The notes under the pieces were generated by a model. That model did not search any database and had not been told where the DNA came from. It saw only the letters and a list, made by a program, of their open reading frames with translations. The position numbers were made by a program, and so were the translations under genes. Shown piece by piece: positions 1-10,843 of a stretch of DNA of 33,640 nt. How positions within the stretch are numbered: the first letter of the stretch is position 1; every line of letters begins with the position of its first letter. Source of the stretch: Chloroflexota bacterium (GTDB lineage: Bacteria > Chloroflexota > Dehalococcoidia > Lucifugimonadales > UBA3495); assembly GCA_022562335.1 (NCBI GenBank), contig JADFPM010000001.1, positions 1-33,640 of the forward strand. The letters are read 5' to 3'.

Positions 1-235
1 CTTGAGTTATCAGGCGTTCCGTGGCGCGGCGTGCTTGCCGGGCCAGACTGGCGTCGTCGTAATGGACCAGTTCCAGACCAAACCCGGCGGTACCGGGCCG
101 AATAACAATGCCGCCGGCTTTATTGACGTCGTCCACCCAGGCCATAAGTCCGGCCAGCACCTGGTTTCCCTGCACTTGGAACTGGCCGGTGAGGGAAACC
201 GGGACTCCGGCTTTTATGACACGGGCACCTGGCAT
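1..235 (-). CDS. Branched-chain amino acid ABC-type substrate-binding protein (LivJ/Peripla_BP_6-like), N-terminal part; runs off the window edge
   Basis: Not in the ORF track. Manual translation gives MPGARVIKAGVPVSLTGQFQVQGNQVLAGLMAWVDDVNKAGGI...LELVHYDDASLARQARRATERLITQ, matching the type I SBP pattern (SLTG, vN..GGi, lv.yDD). GAAGGA RBS upstream of the ATG at 235. Confidence 0.85.
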   Translation of the reverse strand, partial: MPGARVIKAGVPVSLTGQFQVQGNQVLAGLMAWVDDVNKAGGIVIRPGTAGFGLELVHYDDASLARQARRATERLITQ

Positions 236-359
236 ATGGGAAATCCTTCGTCAGAAAACGGGGGTAATAAGGATTTGATACCCGCAAACCCAGCCACTGG
301 CGCCCGGCTGCGGGAGCGGGAGTCGCGCTGGTTTGGGCAGGCGGGATCAGGGGAGAGGT

Positions 360-1544
360 TTAGTAAGCGACCCGGAAAATCCCGAATGAGCTGGTGTAAC
401 CGTGCAGGAACGTGGTGCCGCTCACCGGGCCGATCTCTCCGTTGCAGAAAAACCCTCCCAAGGGAACGGACCCCAACTTATCTTGGAAAAGCTCGGTATC
501 GTGATTTGGGCGCCCGTAAAGGTGTTCGCCCCGGCCCAGACAGGAGAACAAAAGCGCCCCTTGGGCCTGGTTCTCCCGGTTTTCCTCGGCATAACGTTCC
601 AAAACCTGGGTCAGGTCGTCGGCGGACGTCTGGGCGTCGCGGAGGTGGAACTGGACCAGCTGGCCTTCTTTCAACATCTCGCCTATGGCTAGGACTCCGG
701 TGCGGTCGTCCATGCCCACCACGTTTCTTATCAAAAAATCTCCCTGCTTTGGGTCGTCGATGAACTCATCCATCACCACGCCCAGAAACAGGGAGTTGCG
801 CATCAGTTCCTTATCGCGGTCGTCGGATTTTTCGAATATCTCCTTTAGTACCGTCATGGGAGGCTGGCCATCTAATTCGGCCAATATGTTGCGTCTGCTC
901 TCGGTGACCCGCATCGGCTGGCCCACCGGGCGGCAGCCCTGGGCCACCACGGTGTCCACGGTGATGTTGCCGTGCAAGGCCACTCCCACCGCGCCCGACC
1001 GATATACCTGATCTCCCAGAAAAAGGGCGTTGCCGCCTTGCTGTTGCGCGCCGCTGGCCATACCGCCGATCTTGGCCGACTGGCTGAAAGCGTAATCAAG
1101 CCCCAATAGCAGGTTTTGCACCGGGAACGAGAAGGGATCGGCCAGCATCACGAACTGTGGCGACAAGCCCGACGTCACGTTGACCGCTTCCTCCCAGGCT
1201 TCGGGGGCCGCATCCAGGTCTGGCAGGCTGTCCCCTTCCAGGTGGAACTCCACTATCTCGACTCCAGGCAGACTGGCGGCCGTGATAGATACGGCGGGCC
1301 GTTGTTCCACCTCCTGGCCGTTTCCGATGATGCCACCGCCGGAACATCCCAAGACCACCACCGAATCAAGACCTTGCCGGATCAACTCCGACACCCGGTC
1401 GTATCCGGCTTGATGATGGGGGGACACAAAGGCCACCGCCAGGTGGGGGACTTCATCTTGCATCTGGGTCTGTAGAATGGCGATACATTCTTTGATCGCA
1501 TCTTCCAAGTTCGTTTGCTCTGATATAGATGAAGCCCACTTCAT
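360..1544 (-). CDS. FIST-domain (FIST_N + FIST_C) signal transduction protein
   Basis: Motifs GCSGGGIIG..EVE, vaQGCRPVG, FLIRNVVG.D, QFHLRD, LLFSCLGRG and GFFCNGEIGP...LHGYT. Start moved from 1757 to the ATG at 1544 (MKWASS), which has a GAGGA RBS. Confidence 0.92.
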   Translation of the reverse strand: MKWASSISEQTNLEDAIKECIAILQTQMQDEVPHLAVAFVSPHHQAGYDRVSELIRQGLDSVVVLGCSGGGIIGNGQEVEQRPAVSITAASLPGVEIVEFHLEGDSLPDLDAAPEAWEEAVNVTSGLSPQFVMLADPFSFPVQNLLLGLDYAFSQSAKIGGMASGAQQQGGNALFLGDQVYRSGAVGVALHGNITVDTVVAQGCRPVGQPMRVTESRRNILAELDGQPPMTVLKEIFEKSDDRDKELMRNSLFLGVVMDEFIDDPKQGDFLIRNVVGMDDRTGVLAIGEMLKEGQLVQFHLRDAQTSADDLTQVLERYAEENRENQAQGALLFSCLGRGEHLYGRPNHDTELFQDKLGSVPLGGFFCNGEIGPVSGTTFLHGYTSSFGIFRVAY

Positions 1545-1581
1545 ATTGCGAATCCTCACGGACGATATTAGCTTGGTTGCA

Positions 1582-1590
1582 AGTATACCA
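1582..1590 (-). promoter_or_regulatory. Putative extended -10 promoter (TGgTATACT) for the FIST gene
   Basis: The minus strand reads TGGTATACT about 40 nt upstream of the ATG at 1544. Confidence 0.55.
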
Positions 1591-1698
1591 ACATGACGGC
1601 GGTTTGATAGCATCGGCCGGCGATCCGCCGAATCCCGCGATTTTCGATTTCCCCACATGTTGAGACTCCGAAACTGGTGAACCGGGGCTTCCTTTTGC

Positions 1699-1727
1699 TT
1701 GACACTGCCCGGAGGCCTAATTACAAT
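1699..1727 (+). promoter_or_regulatory. Sigma70-type promoter for yvcK: TTGACA-17bp-TACAAT
   Basis: Perfect -35 at 1699-1704, 17-nt spacer, TACAAT at 1722-1727. Confidence 0.8.
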
Positions 1728-1912
1728 TTTCACCAGCCACCAACCTGCCAGCCGCATGGTTGATGGCGCTGGGGGGCCGGACGTTTTCCGCCGTGATCAA
1801 ACCACCAACCGCATCCACTCCATCGAATGATTCTGCGAATCATGCTGCCCCTTTGGGCAACATCCCTTCTCAATCGGAATCAACCGTCCCGGGAAAATAG
1901 ACATACATTTCC

Positions 1913-3274
1913 ATGTCTAAATTCATGCATTTCCTCACTTCCCGAAGGATCGGCCGGGCAGTCCTCATACTCTTGGTGCCGGGCATTGCCCTCAAGCGTT
2001 GGCTGGCGATGGGCGCGTTCGGCGCAATATGCATCGCCCTGGGAATCGTCTTTGCCCTGAAGATCTCGCTTTGGCCGGGGTTCACCTCCCTCGCGGAGAT
2101 CATCAGCCTCAGGGGCGAACCAGCGATGTTAAGGGCAGGGGTTTTCATCGGGGTCGGCATCGTCATCGCCACGGCTTCCTCCATCTATCTAGCCCGGTCG
2201 TTGACCACCATCCAGGTGCGCCGGCGCCACTGGCGGCTGTTGGATTCCCTCTATATCGAACGGGTGTTGGGAGCGGGGCCAAAGGTCGTGGTCATCGGCG
2301 GCGGCAGCGGGCTTCCAAACCTCTTGCGCGGGCTGAAACACTACACCGGCAACATCACGGCGGTGGTGACGGTGGCCGACGACGGCGGCAGTTCCGGCCG
2401 GCTGCGTACGGAATTGGGCATTCTGCCTCCCGGCGACATCCGCAATTGTCTCGTGGCGTTGGCCGACTCGGAAGACGTGATGCAACGCCTGATGGACTAC
2501 CGCTTTTCGTCCAACGGGCAACTAGACGGGCACAATTTTGGAAACATGTTCATCGCGGCCCTGGCCGGAATAGGCGGGGGTTTTTACCAAGGGGTGCAAA
2601 TAGCCGGTGAACTTTTGGCCATTCGCGGCCGGGTGATACCCTCGACCTCTATGGACGTTACCCTGGTGGCCAGGACGGTTTCCGGGCAACCCCTGATCGG
2701 GGAATCCAAGGTGGGCACGGCGCAAGACCCCCTGCAATCCATCGCCCTGCTGCCCGCCGACGCCGCCGCCCATCCCGACGCCCTACAGGCCATTGAAGAA
2801 GCCGACATGATATTGCTTGGCCCAGGCAGCTTGTTCACCAGCATAGTCCCCAACCTGTTGGTCCCGAAAATAGCCGAGGCCATAACCAATGCCCCCGCGC
2901 TAAAATTATACGTGTGCAACGTGGCCGGAGAGCCGGGACAAACCATGGATTTCTCCGTGCTGGACCATCTGGAGGTGGTCCGCCACTATCTGGGTCCGGA
3001 CTCCATAGACCTGGTTTTGGCCAACGATAACTTCGTCTCCCAGCCGAGTTCGGCGGGAGCCTATGCCGGCGGCGCGGTTGTGCCCAAATTGATTGAGGTT
3101 TCGCAGCCCTGGCGGGATTCGACCGTCTGCGTGCTGGCCGATGTCATCGATACCGGCAATCCCACCCGCCATGACCCTGTTAAATTGGCCACGGCGGTTG
3201 CCGAAACCTATCGGGACCACCGGGGCCGGCGGCGGCGTCTGCCCCGCAGGTGGTTGGGATTTGGGGAGAGTTAG
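1913..3274 (+). CDS. yvcK: YvcK/GlmR family (gluconeogenesis factor, CofD-like, UDP-GlcNAc-binding) protein with N-terminal membrane segments
   Basis: VVVIGGGSGL, VTVADDGGSSGRLR, PPGDIRNCL, GHNFGN, LGPGSLFTSIVPNLL and RHDP motifs; hydrophobic N-terminal ~100 aa. Confidence 0.93.
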   Translation: MSKFMHFLTSRRIGRAVLILLVPGIALKRWLAMGAFGAICIALGIVFALKISLWPGFTSLAEIISLRGEPAMLRAGVFIGVGIVIATASSIYLARSLTTIQVRRRHWRLLDSLYIERVLGAGPKVVVIGGGSGLPNLLRGLKHYTGNITAVVTVADDGGSSGRLRTELGILPPGDIRNCLVALADSEDVMQRLMDYRFSSNGQLDGHNFGNMFIAALAGIGGGFYQGVQIAGELLAIRGRVIPSTSMDVTLVARTVSGQPLIGESKVGTAQDPLQSIALLPADAAAHPDALQAIEEADMILLGPGSLFTSIVPNLLVPKIAEAITNAPALKLYVCNVAGEPGQTMDFSVLDHLEVVRHYLGPDSIDLVLANDNFVSQPSSAGAYAGGAVVPKLIEVSQPWRDSTVCVLADVIDTGNPTRHDPVKLATAVAETYRDHRGRRRRLPRRWLGFGES

Positions 3275-3433
3275 GTGGCTTCGACCCACATCCGATGCAA
3301 AATCCATTGTCTACCTAACCAGGCAGGCGCTAAAGGGATTTCGGGGGGTCTTCAGCATTTGAACCAGATGGTCCGCCCGGCAGGGTCTGATGCACCACCG
3401 ACGGTTTACCCCAAACCCTTTGGCGCCGCACCT

Positions 3434-4927
3434 CTAGGTGGGACTGCCGGACACCAACTGGACAGACCTACCCGCCTCAGATTGTTTTCTACAATGTTTT
3501 TGGTATCGGGAGTAGCGGCCTGGAGATCCTGAGGTCACACCATTCCAAATGAACCCCAACATGTTGGCGCCGGCCTTTTCCAAATTGCCCAGGGCCAAAA
3601 CCACCGCGTCCATCCTGGTGTTGGATGAATTGACCACCATCACGGAGCCGCCCACTTGGGCCGCCACCACCGCGCCATCGGCCAGTGATACCAGGGGAGG
3701 CGTATCCACCAAAACCATGTGATACTCGCTTTCCAGCTGTTTCAATAAGGCGCCCATACGGGGAGTCTTCAGCAAAGCAACTGGGTCGGCCGCCGGCGGG
3801 CCGCTGGTGATGACCTTGACACCGGAGTAAACCGTGTCGCGAAGCACGTCCTCCATTTCGATCTCAGGGTTGGAGAGGAAATCGCTCAGGCCGGCGGTGT
3901 TCTGCAACTTGAAGTAGGCGTGAAGCGACGGCCGCCGCAGGTCGGCGTCTACGAGGACCACCTTTTCCTGGCCGGAAGACAAGACACATCCGAGGTTGGC
4001 GATGAGACTGCTGCGCCCTTCGCCTGTGTCCGGGCTGGTCACCACTAAACTCTTGATGCCCTTATCCCTGGCCGCAAATTCTATGTTGGTGGCAACCTGC
4101 CTGATGGCTTCGGCTTCGCCGGTCGAGGAGGCGCCGTTCACCGCCAATATCCTGGCGCCTCCGGCGCTTTTGGGCCAACGGGGCACAACGCCCAGGTTGG
4201 GGATCCCGAACCGTCTCTGGAACATCGCGGCAGACCCGATGGCCGCCCGCTGGTAACCCAACAACATCACCAATCCAACGGACAGCAAAAGACCGGCCGC
4301 CGCTCCTAATATGGCATTTCGAGCGATGGGCCGTTGTGCCACGGAGACCGGATTGCCAGGCACTTCTGCAGGGGCCACCAGGGTAACCCTGCCGAATTCC
4401 GGCATCCTCTGTTCGATCACACCGCTCAACGTGGCTAAAACCGCACCGGATGTGGAGAAGAGCCCCATCGCCGACATCTGCCGGGACAACTCTTCTCTTT
4501 GGGCGGCGAATTGTTCCTCGCGGATAGAATCCATGTGGCCCACAAACGTCACGGCCACTGCATCGGCAATCCTCCTGGCCATCGCCGGTTCTTCGCTAAT
4601 GGCGCGGACCTCCAGGAACTGGGTTCCTTCAACCCGCCGGGCAGACAACATGGCCTTGATCTCATCTACGCTTAAAGGCAGCGCTGTCTGATCGATCACG
4701 CCTTTCAAAAAGGGCCTGGTCACGATCAAGCTGGGATAGCTGGCGGTGGCGGCGCTGCCCTCCAATAGCATGGTGGCTGTGGCCTCGTATTTTGGCGCCG
4801 GGACAGGTGAGGCCAGCCCGGCGCCGGCGATGATTCCCCCAATCAACAGAGGCGACGCTAAGAGCACCCACCACCATCTGCGAAAGTTGTCCAATATCTC
4901 TCGTAGGTCCAATGCCTCGTCTTGCAT
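3434..4927 (-). CDS. Polysaccharide co-polymerase/BY tyrosine autokinase fusion (Wzz + CpsD/CapB domain) with atypical Walker A
   Basis: N-terminal LDLREILDNFRRWWW plus TM, second TM after RNAILG, then EAIRQVATNI, TSPDTGEGRS, VLVDADLRRP and VLVDTPP. GGAG RBS. Confidence 0.9.
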   Translation of the reverse strand: MQDEALDLREILDNFRRWWWVLLASPLLIGGIIAGAGLASPVPAPKYEATATMLLEGSAATASYPSLIVTRPFLKGVIDQTALPLSVDEIKAMLSARRVEGTQFLEVRAISEEPAMARRIADAVAVTFVGHMDSIREEQFAAQREELSRQMSAMGLFSTSGAVLATLSGVIEQRMPEFGRVTLVAPAEVPGNPVSVAQRPIARNAILGAAAGLLLSVGLVMLLGYQRAAIGSAAMFQRRFGIPNLGVVPRWPKSAGGARILAVNGASSTGEAEAIRQVATNIEFAARDKGIKSLVVTSPDTGEGRSSLIANLGCVLSSGQEKVVLVDADLRRPSLHAYFKLQNTAGLSDFLSNPEIEMEDVLRDTVYSGVKVITSGPPAADPVALLKTPRMGALLKQLESEYHMVLVDTPPLVSLADGAVVAAQVGGSVMVVNSSNTRMDAVVLALGNLEKAGANMLGFIWNGVTSGSPGRYSRYQKHCRKQSEAGRSVQLVSGSPT

Positions 4928-5377
4928 CTGCTTACTCGCTCCTTTGGATCATCTGAGGGCCGGCAACCCTTCCGAATGCCTGCATAGGATATGGGTGGCC
5001 CGCTACGGCTCAGCCTCGGCCATTGAACGCGGCTTTTGCACTAAGCTTTCCCCTGGTGTAGGTCTTTCTGAATCGGTGGTGCAAACAACAACCCGGACGC
5101 AGGCCAAGGTATTTCCGGAGAATAGATGGTAGAGTCATTAGACCGTGGCAACCCTTTTTGTATCACCGATTCACCCATCACCGCAGGGTGATACCACCCT
5201 GGTACCATGGAAAGAACCCATGTATCTTATTGGTAAACCCATGGAATGGGACACGGTCCCCGGGCGGGCGGCCGATCAAGTCAACGTCGTATATGCCTGC
5301 TTCGGCCTGAAGACCGGCCACCATTGGCGACGGTTAAAACGCCAAGCCGAGACGTTGCCTCTTAAGGGGAAAAATCG

Positions 5378-5406
5378 TTGTACACCATGCCGGAACAAGC
5401 TATAAT
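5378..5406 (+). promoter_or_regulatory. Sigma70-type promoter upstream of the VanZ gene: TTGTAC-17bp-TATAAT
   Basis: TTGTAC at 5378-5383, 17-nt spacer, perfect TATAAT at 5401-5406. Confidence 0.7.
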
Positions 5407-5491
5407 GCCGCAAGTCACGATGGTTCGGATTAGACTGATCCGCATTATGCAAACTCTTTAAGCGACTGGATTCGCTGATTTTATTTAATAT

Positions 5492-5986
5492 ATGATCATT
5501 AAAGAGGTTTTTATAAGTAAATTTTCATTTACGACTCGCTGGGGATTCCGAATCGGCTTCGCGGCCGCTTTGGCCGGATGGATGACCCTGATCTTCTACC
5601 TATCGTCGCTTCCTGAGGAGCAGGTTTCGCGGTTGGGACCATACGACTCCCACGTCATTTCCAAGCTTGGCATCATACGCAGCTATATGGCTCACCTATT
5701 CCTCTTTGGCATGCTGGCATCTTTTATCCAGGCCACCCTATGGAGTTGGACCACATTTACCGATTACTCCCTCCGGGCCGCCCTTGCCGCAATCGTCCTG
5801 GCCGTCCTGTACGGTATATCCGATGAATTCCACCAGTCGTTCGTCGTGGGCCGAAACATGTCGCCTTCAGACATGATCGTAAACGCCCTGGGCGCCATCG
5901 CAGCCGTTGCCATACTGCGGCAGTCGGCGAAAGTCGTTTTCCATTCCCAGATCTCGCGTTTCAAACTCACCCCGTCCAAAACATGA
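5492..5986 (+). CDS. VanZ family membrane protein
   Basis: WMTLIFYLSS, AHLFLFGML and YGISDEFHQSFVVGR..S..D...N motifs. Exact start is uncertain (no clear RBS). Confidence 0.88.
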   Translation: MIIKEVFISKFSFTTRWGFRIGFAAALAGWMTLIFYLSSLPEEQVSRLGPYDSHVISKLGIIRSYMAHLFLFGMLASFIQATLWSWTTFTDYSLRAALAAIVLAVLYGISDEFHQSFVVGRNMSPSDMIVNALGAIAAVAILRQSAKVVFHSQISRFKLTPSKT

Positions 5987-6068
5987 ATACCATTCCATGG
6001 GGTGACCGAGCTCAATAACGGGCTATCCGAATCTTTGGCCATCCAAGCGGCATGGGGCGGTATCTCAC

Positions 6069-7145
6069 ATGGTGGCTGATCTAGACCAACCCAAGTCATT
6101 CGCCAGTGTCGACCGGTCTGGTCTCGGGGGGAGAATTCGCGCCCTGCCACAACAGTGCGCGGCGGGTTGGCGGCAAGGTATAGCATCATCGTATCCCCCG
6201 GAATGGGGCTCCAGCGGGAGTGTGATTGTCTGCGGCATGGGCGGGTCCGCCATCGCCGGAGACCTGCTTGCCGGCCTGATGGCGGACCAGAAAGGAGTGC
6301 CGGTCCGGGTGATCCGGGGATTTGATTTCCCTTTCCAGATAGACCCCGGCAGCTTGATCATAATCTGCAGCTTTTCCGGTAATACCCGGGAAACCATCTC
6401 CCTGTTCCACCAGGCCAAAGCAGCGGATGCAAGGATCATAGTGGCCGCCGGCGGCGGGATCATCGCCCAAGAAGCCGCCGACTCGGGGATTCCCCTGCTG
6501 AAGGTGGATCTCCCCGGCGAGCCCCGCAGCGCCGTGGGCTACAACCTGATGCTTCTGTTAGCCGCCCTGAACAAACTTGGTTTGTGGTCAATAGCCCAAA
6601 CGGAAGTGACCGCTTCCATTGATGCCTTGGAGAGCCAGGCGAGCCGCCTGGCGGAAGACCGGCCCTCACGGGACAATCCGGCCAAAGACCTGGCATTGCA
6701 GCTTCATGAAAAGCTGGTGATGGTCTGTGGAGGGGGGCTATTCTCGGGGCTGGCGCGGCGATGGAAAACTCAGTTTAACGAGAATGGCAAGGTCTGGGCG
6801 TGGCACGAAGAGATACCGGAATTGTTGCACAACGCCGTGGAAGCTTACGGTTCGCTGCCAGAGATCGAAAAGCGTCTGTCTGCGGTTATGCTGCGGCCCA
6901 ACCTAGAGGGCGACCCGGCAGACGCCCATTACCAGGTCGCGGCGGAGTTGCTGAGAAGCAATGGCATTCCTCTACATCTGGTCCAACCGCCGGAAGGTCT
7001 GGCGCCTCTGGGCCAACTGCTGACCACCATGATCATGGGGGATTACGTCAGCTACTACCTGGCCATCCTACAGGGAGTGGACCCATCGCCAACCCCCAAT
7101 ATTGTGCTGGGCAAAGACCATCTGGAAAGGTTGGCGGGCGGCTGA
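6069..7145 (+). CDS. Bifunctional phosphoglucose/phosphomannose isomerase (SIS domains)
   Basis: GMGGSAIAGD, SFSGNTRET, EPRSA, RWKTQFNENGK, PELLHN and a C-terminal GDYVSYYLA...DP.P.P.I..K. Confidence 0.92.
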   Translation: MVADLDQPKSFASVDRSGLGGRIRALPQQCAAGWRQGIASSYPPEWGSSGSVIVCGMGGSAIAGDLLAGLMADQKGVPVRVIRGFDFPFQIDPGSLIIICSFSGNTRETISLFHQAKAADARIIVAAGGGIIAQEAADSGIPLLKVDLPGEPRSAVGYNLMLLLAALNKLGLWSIAQTEVTASIDALESQASRLAEDRPSRDNPAKDLALQLHEKLVMVCGGGLFSGLARRWKTQFNENGKVWAWHEEIPELLHNAVEAYGSLPEIEKRLSAVMLRPNLEGDPADAHYQVAAELLRSNGIPLHLVQPPEGLAPLGQLLTTMIMGDYVSYYLAILQGVDPSPTPNIVLGKDHLERLAGG

Positions 7146-7220
7146 CAATAATCAGCCGCTTGATCTGACTCCGGGCCGTCCTCACGCGATTTTAGAACCC
7201 GAATCAATTGCCGATCTCTC

Positions 7221-8558
7221 TCAGTGCGCCCCGTGCTCATCGCCGTTCCCATGTTCATGGCCATGATCGTGACCATGACCTTCATGACCGTGCCCATGGT
7301 GGCCGTCGCCTGCGGAATGGCTTGGCACTGCCATCGGCACCATCATCAGGATGACCGTGGCCACGACATACAGGCCGGCGATGTACAAAAAGGTGGCTTC
7401 GATACCACTCGAATCAAACAATATTCCGGCAATGAGTGGGGATGCCGCCGCGAGAGCGAATCTGGAGAAAGAAAACACCCCCAGCGTGCTGGCTACTACA
7501 CCCTCGCCGATTACGTCCAAGGCTCCTGCGGTTAAGATAGGCTGGTCGCTGAATAGGAATATTCCTAACAGCGCGATTACAACAATCAATCCTATCCCCT
7601 CGCCAAAAGGAACCAGCAGCGCCGTTAGAACGGCAAGTCCAAGCATGCCGGGAACCAGCACCAACTTTCTGCCCAAACGGTCGGACAAGTAGCCCATAAC
7701 TGGAGTAGATACGATACCCACTCCCACCAGAAGGGCGATATGTAACCCCAAAGACGGCTTACTCATCCCCAGTTGGGTCTCAAGGCCCAGGTACAACGCC
7801 AGGAACGGCAAAAACGCCACGTGGGCCATACCCCGAAGTCCCGCGACCGTCATGATTCCCCACAACCTGGGGTGCTCTTTGAACGATAGCCGGGTCTGGT
7901 CCATCTGCTCCCGGAAACCAGTCGGCGCGGTGGCCTGGGTCCCGGTCCTGCCGATGTCCCGGAACGCCCAAAAAACCACGAAGGTCAATACGAGCGGAAC
8001 CACCGCGTATATGCTAAGGATTCCTCTCCAACTAAGGACCAATAGGAGTCCTCCGGTCAAAGCCGGGCCCAAAACGTCTCCGATGTTCCCCCCGACTCCG
8101 TGGAAGGACAGCGCGGATCCCCGGCGGTGGGCGAATCGGGATGACAGAGCCGCGGTTGCCGGAAGATGCCACATAGACGATGCCATCGCCACCACGCCCA
8201 TCCCCAGCAACAATACCGGGTAGACCGGCGAAATGCCCATGATCAGCCAGCCAACCCCAAATAATGCCATGCATCCTGCCAGAACCAATCCCCAATGCTG
8301 TCGAAGCATGTCGGTTACCACGCCGCCCGGGAGGGCGATAAGGCCTGAAGCCACCTCTCGAGTAGATGCGATCGCCCCCACTTGGACACCGCTTAAGCCG
8401 AAGGTGGCGACGACCGCCGGCAGCATGACAAAAAAGCTTTGGGTGAACCAATGGAATACTCCATGGCCTCCACTCAGAGCGCTCAAGATGAAGAGCGCCG
8501 TTCCTCTAACCCCTTGATCCTGGTGCGTATCCCTGGTTTCTACATGAGATTGTGTCAT
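7221..8558 (-). CDS. MFS transporter (Fsr-like) with a His-rich C-terminal tail
   Basis: About 12 hydrophobic segments, motif A GYLSDRLGRK, WHLPA, RGSALSFHGVGGNIG; tail contains GHHGHGHEGHGHDHGHEH. Confidence 0.9.
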   Translation of the reverse strand: MTQSHVETRDTHQDQGVRGTALFILSALSGGHGVFHWFTQSFFVMLPAVVATFGLSGVQVGAIASTREVASGLIALPGGVVTDMLRQHWGLVLAGCMALFGVGWLIMGISPVYPVLLLGMGVVAMASSMWHLPATAALSSRFAHRRGSALSFHGVGGNIGDVLGPALTGGLLLVLSWRGILSIYAVVPLVLTFVVFWAFRDIGRTGTQATAPTGFREQMDQTRLSFKEHPRLWGIMTVAGLRGMAHVAFLPFLALYLGLETQLGMSKPSLGLHIALLVGVGIVSTPVMGYLSDRLGRKLVLVPGMLGLAVLTALLVPFGEGIGLIVVIALLGIFLFSDQPILTAGALDVIGEGVVASTLGVFSFSRFALAAASPLIAGILFDSSGIEATFLYIAGLYVVATVILMMVPMAVPSHSAGDGHHGHGHEGHGHDHGHEHGNGDEHGAH

Positions 8559-8608
8559 CTGCCACCCATATGCGTTTAATTGTTCAAGCTGTGTAGATGA
8601 TAATATGA

Positions 8609-10675
<2,067 letters not shown>

Positions 10676-10843
10676 TAGCAGGACCTGGTCCTGGGACATC
10701 TCGGCGGCGCACCCAGGCTGCGGCCGTCCAGTTGAACCGTCCGGTGTCGAATGTTTCCAAGCAGATTGATTCTGACCCCGCCTTTTTTAAAAAACGGGCA
10801 CGGAAAGGCCACGGGGTAAAGAACGGTCGAAGGGGTCAATGAT

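Noticed and set aside
2..763. 253-aa plus-strand ORF
   Set aside because: Antisense shadow of the SBP and FIST genes; Arg/Gly/Pro-rich with no motifs.
1545..1757. N-terminal extension of the FIST ORF
   Set aside because: Spans both divergent promoters; the RBS and family alignment point to the ATG at 1544.
5145..5405. 86-aa ORF between the BY-kinase and VanZ genes
   Set aside because: No convincing RBS or motifs, and it runs through the predicted VanZ promoter.
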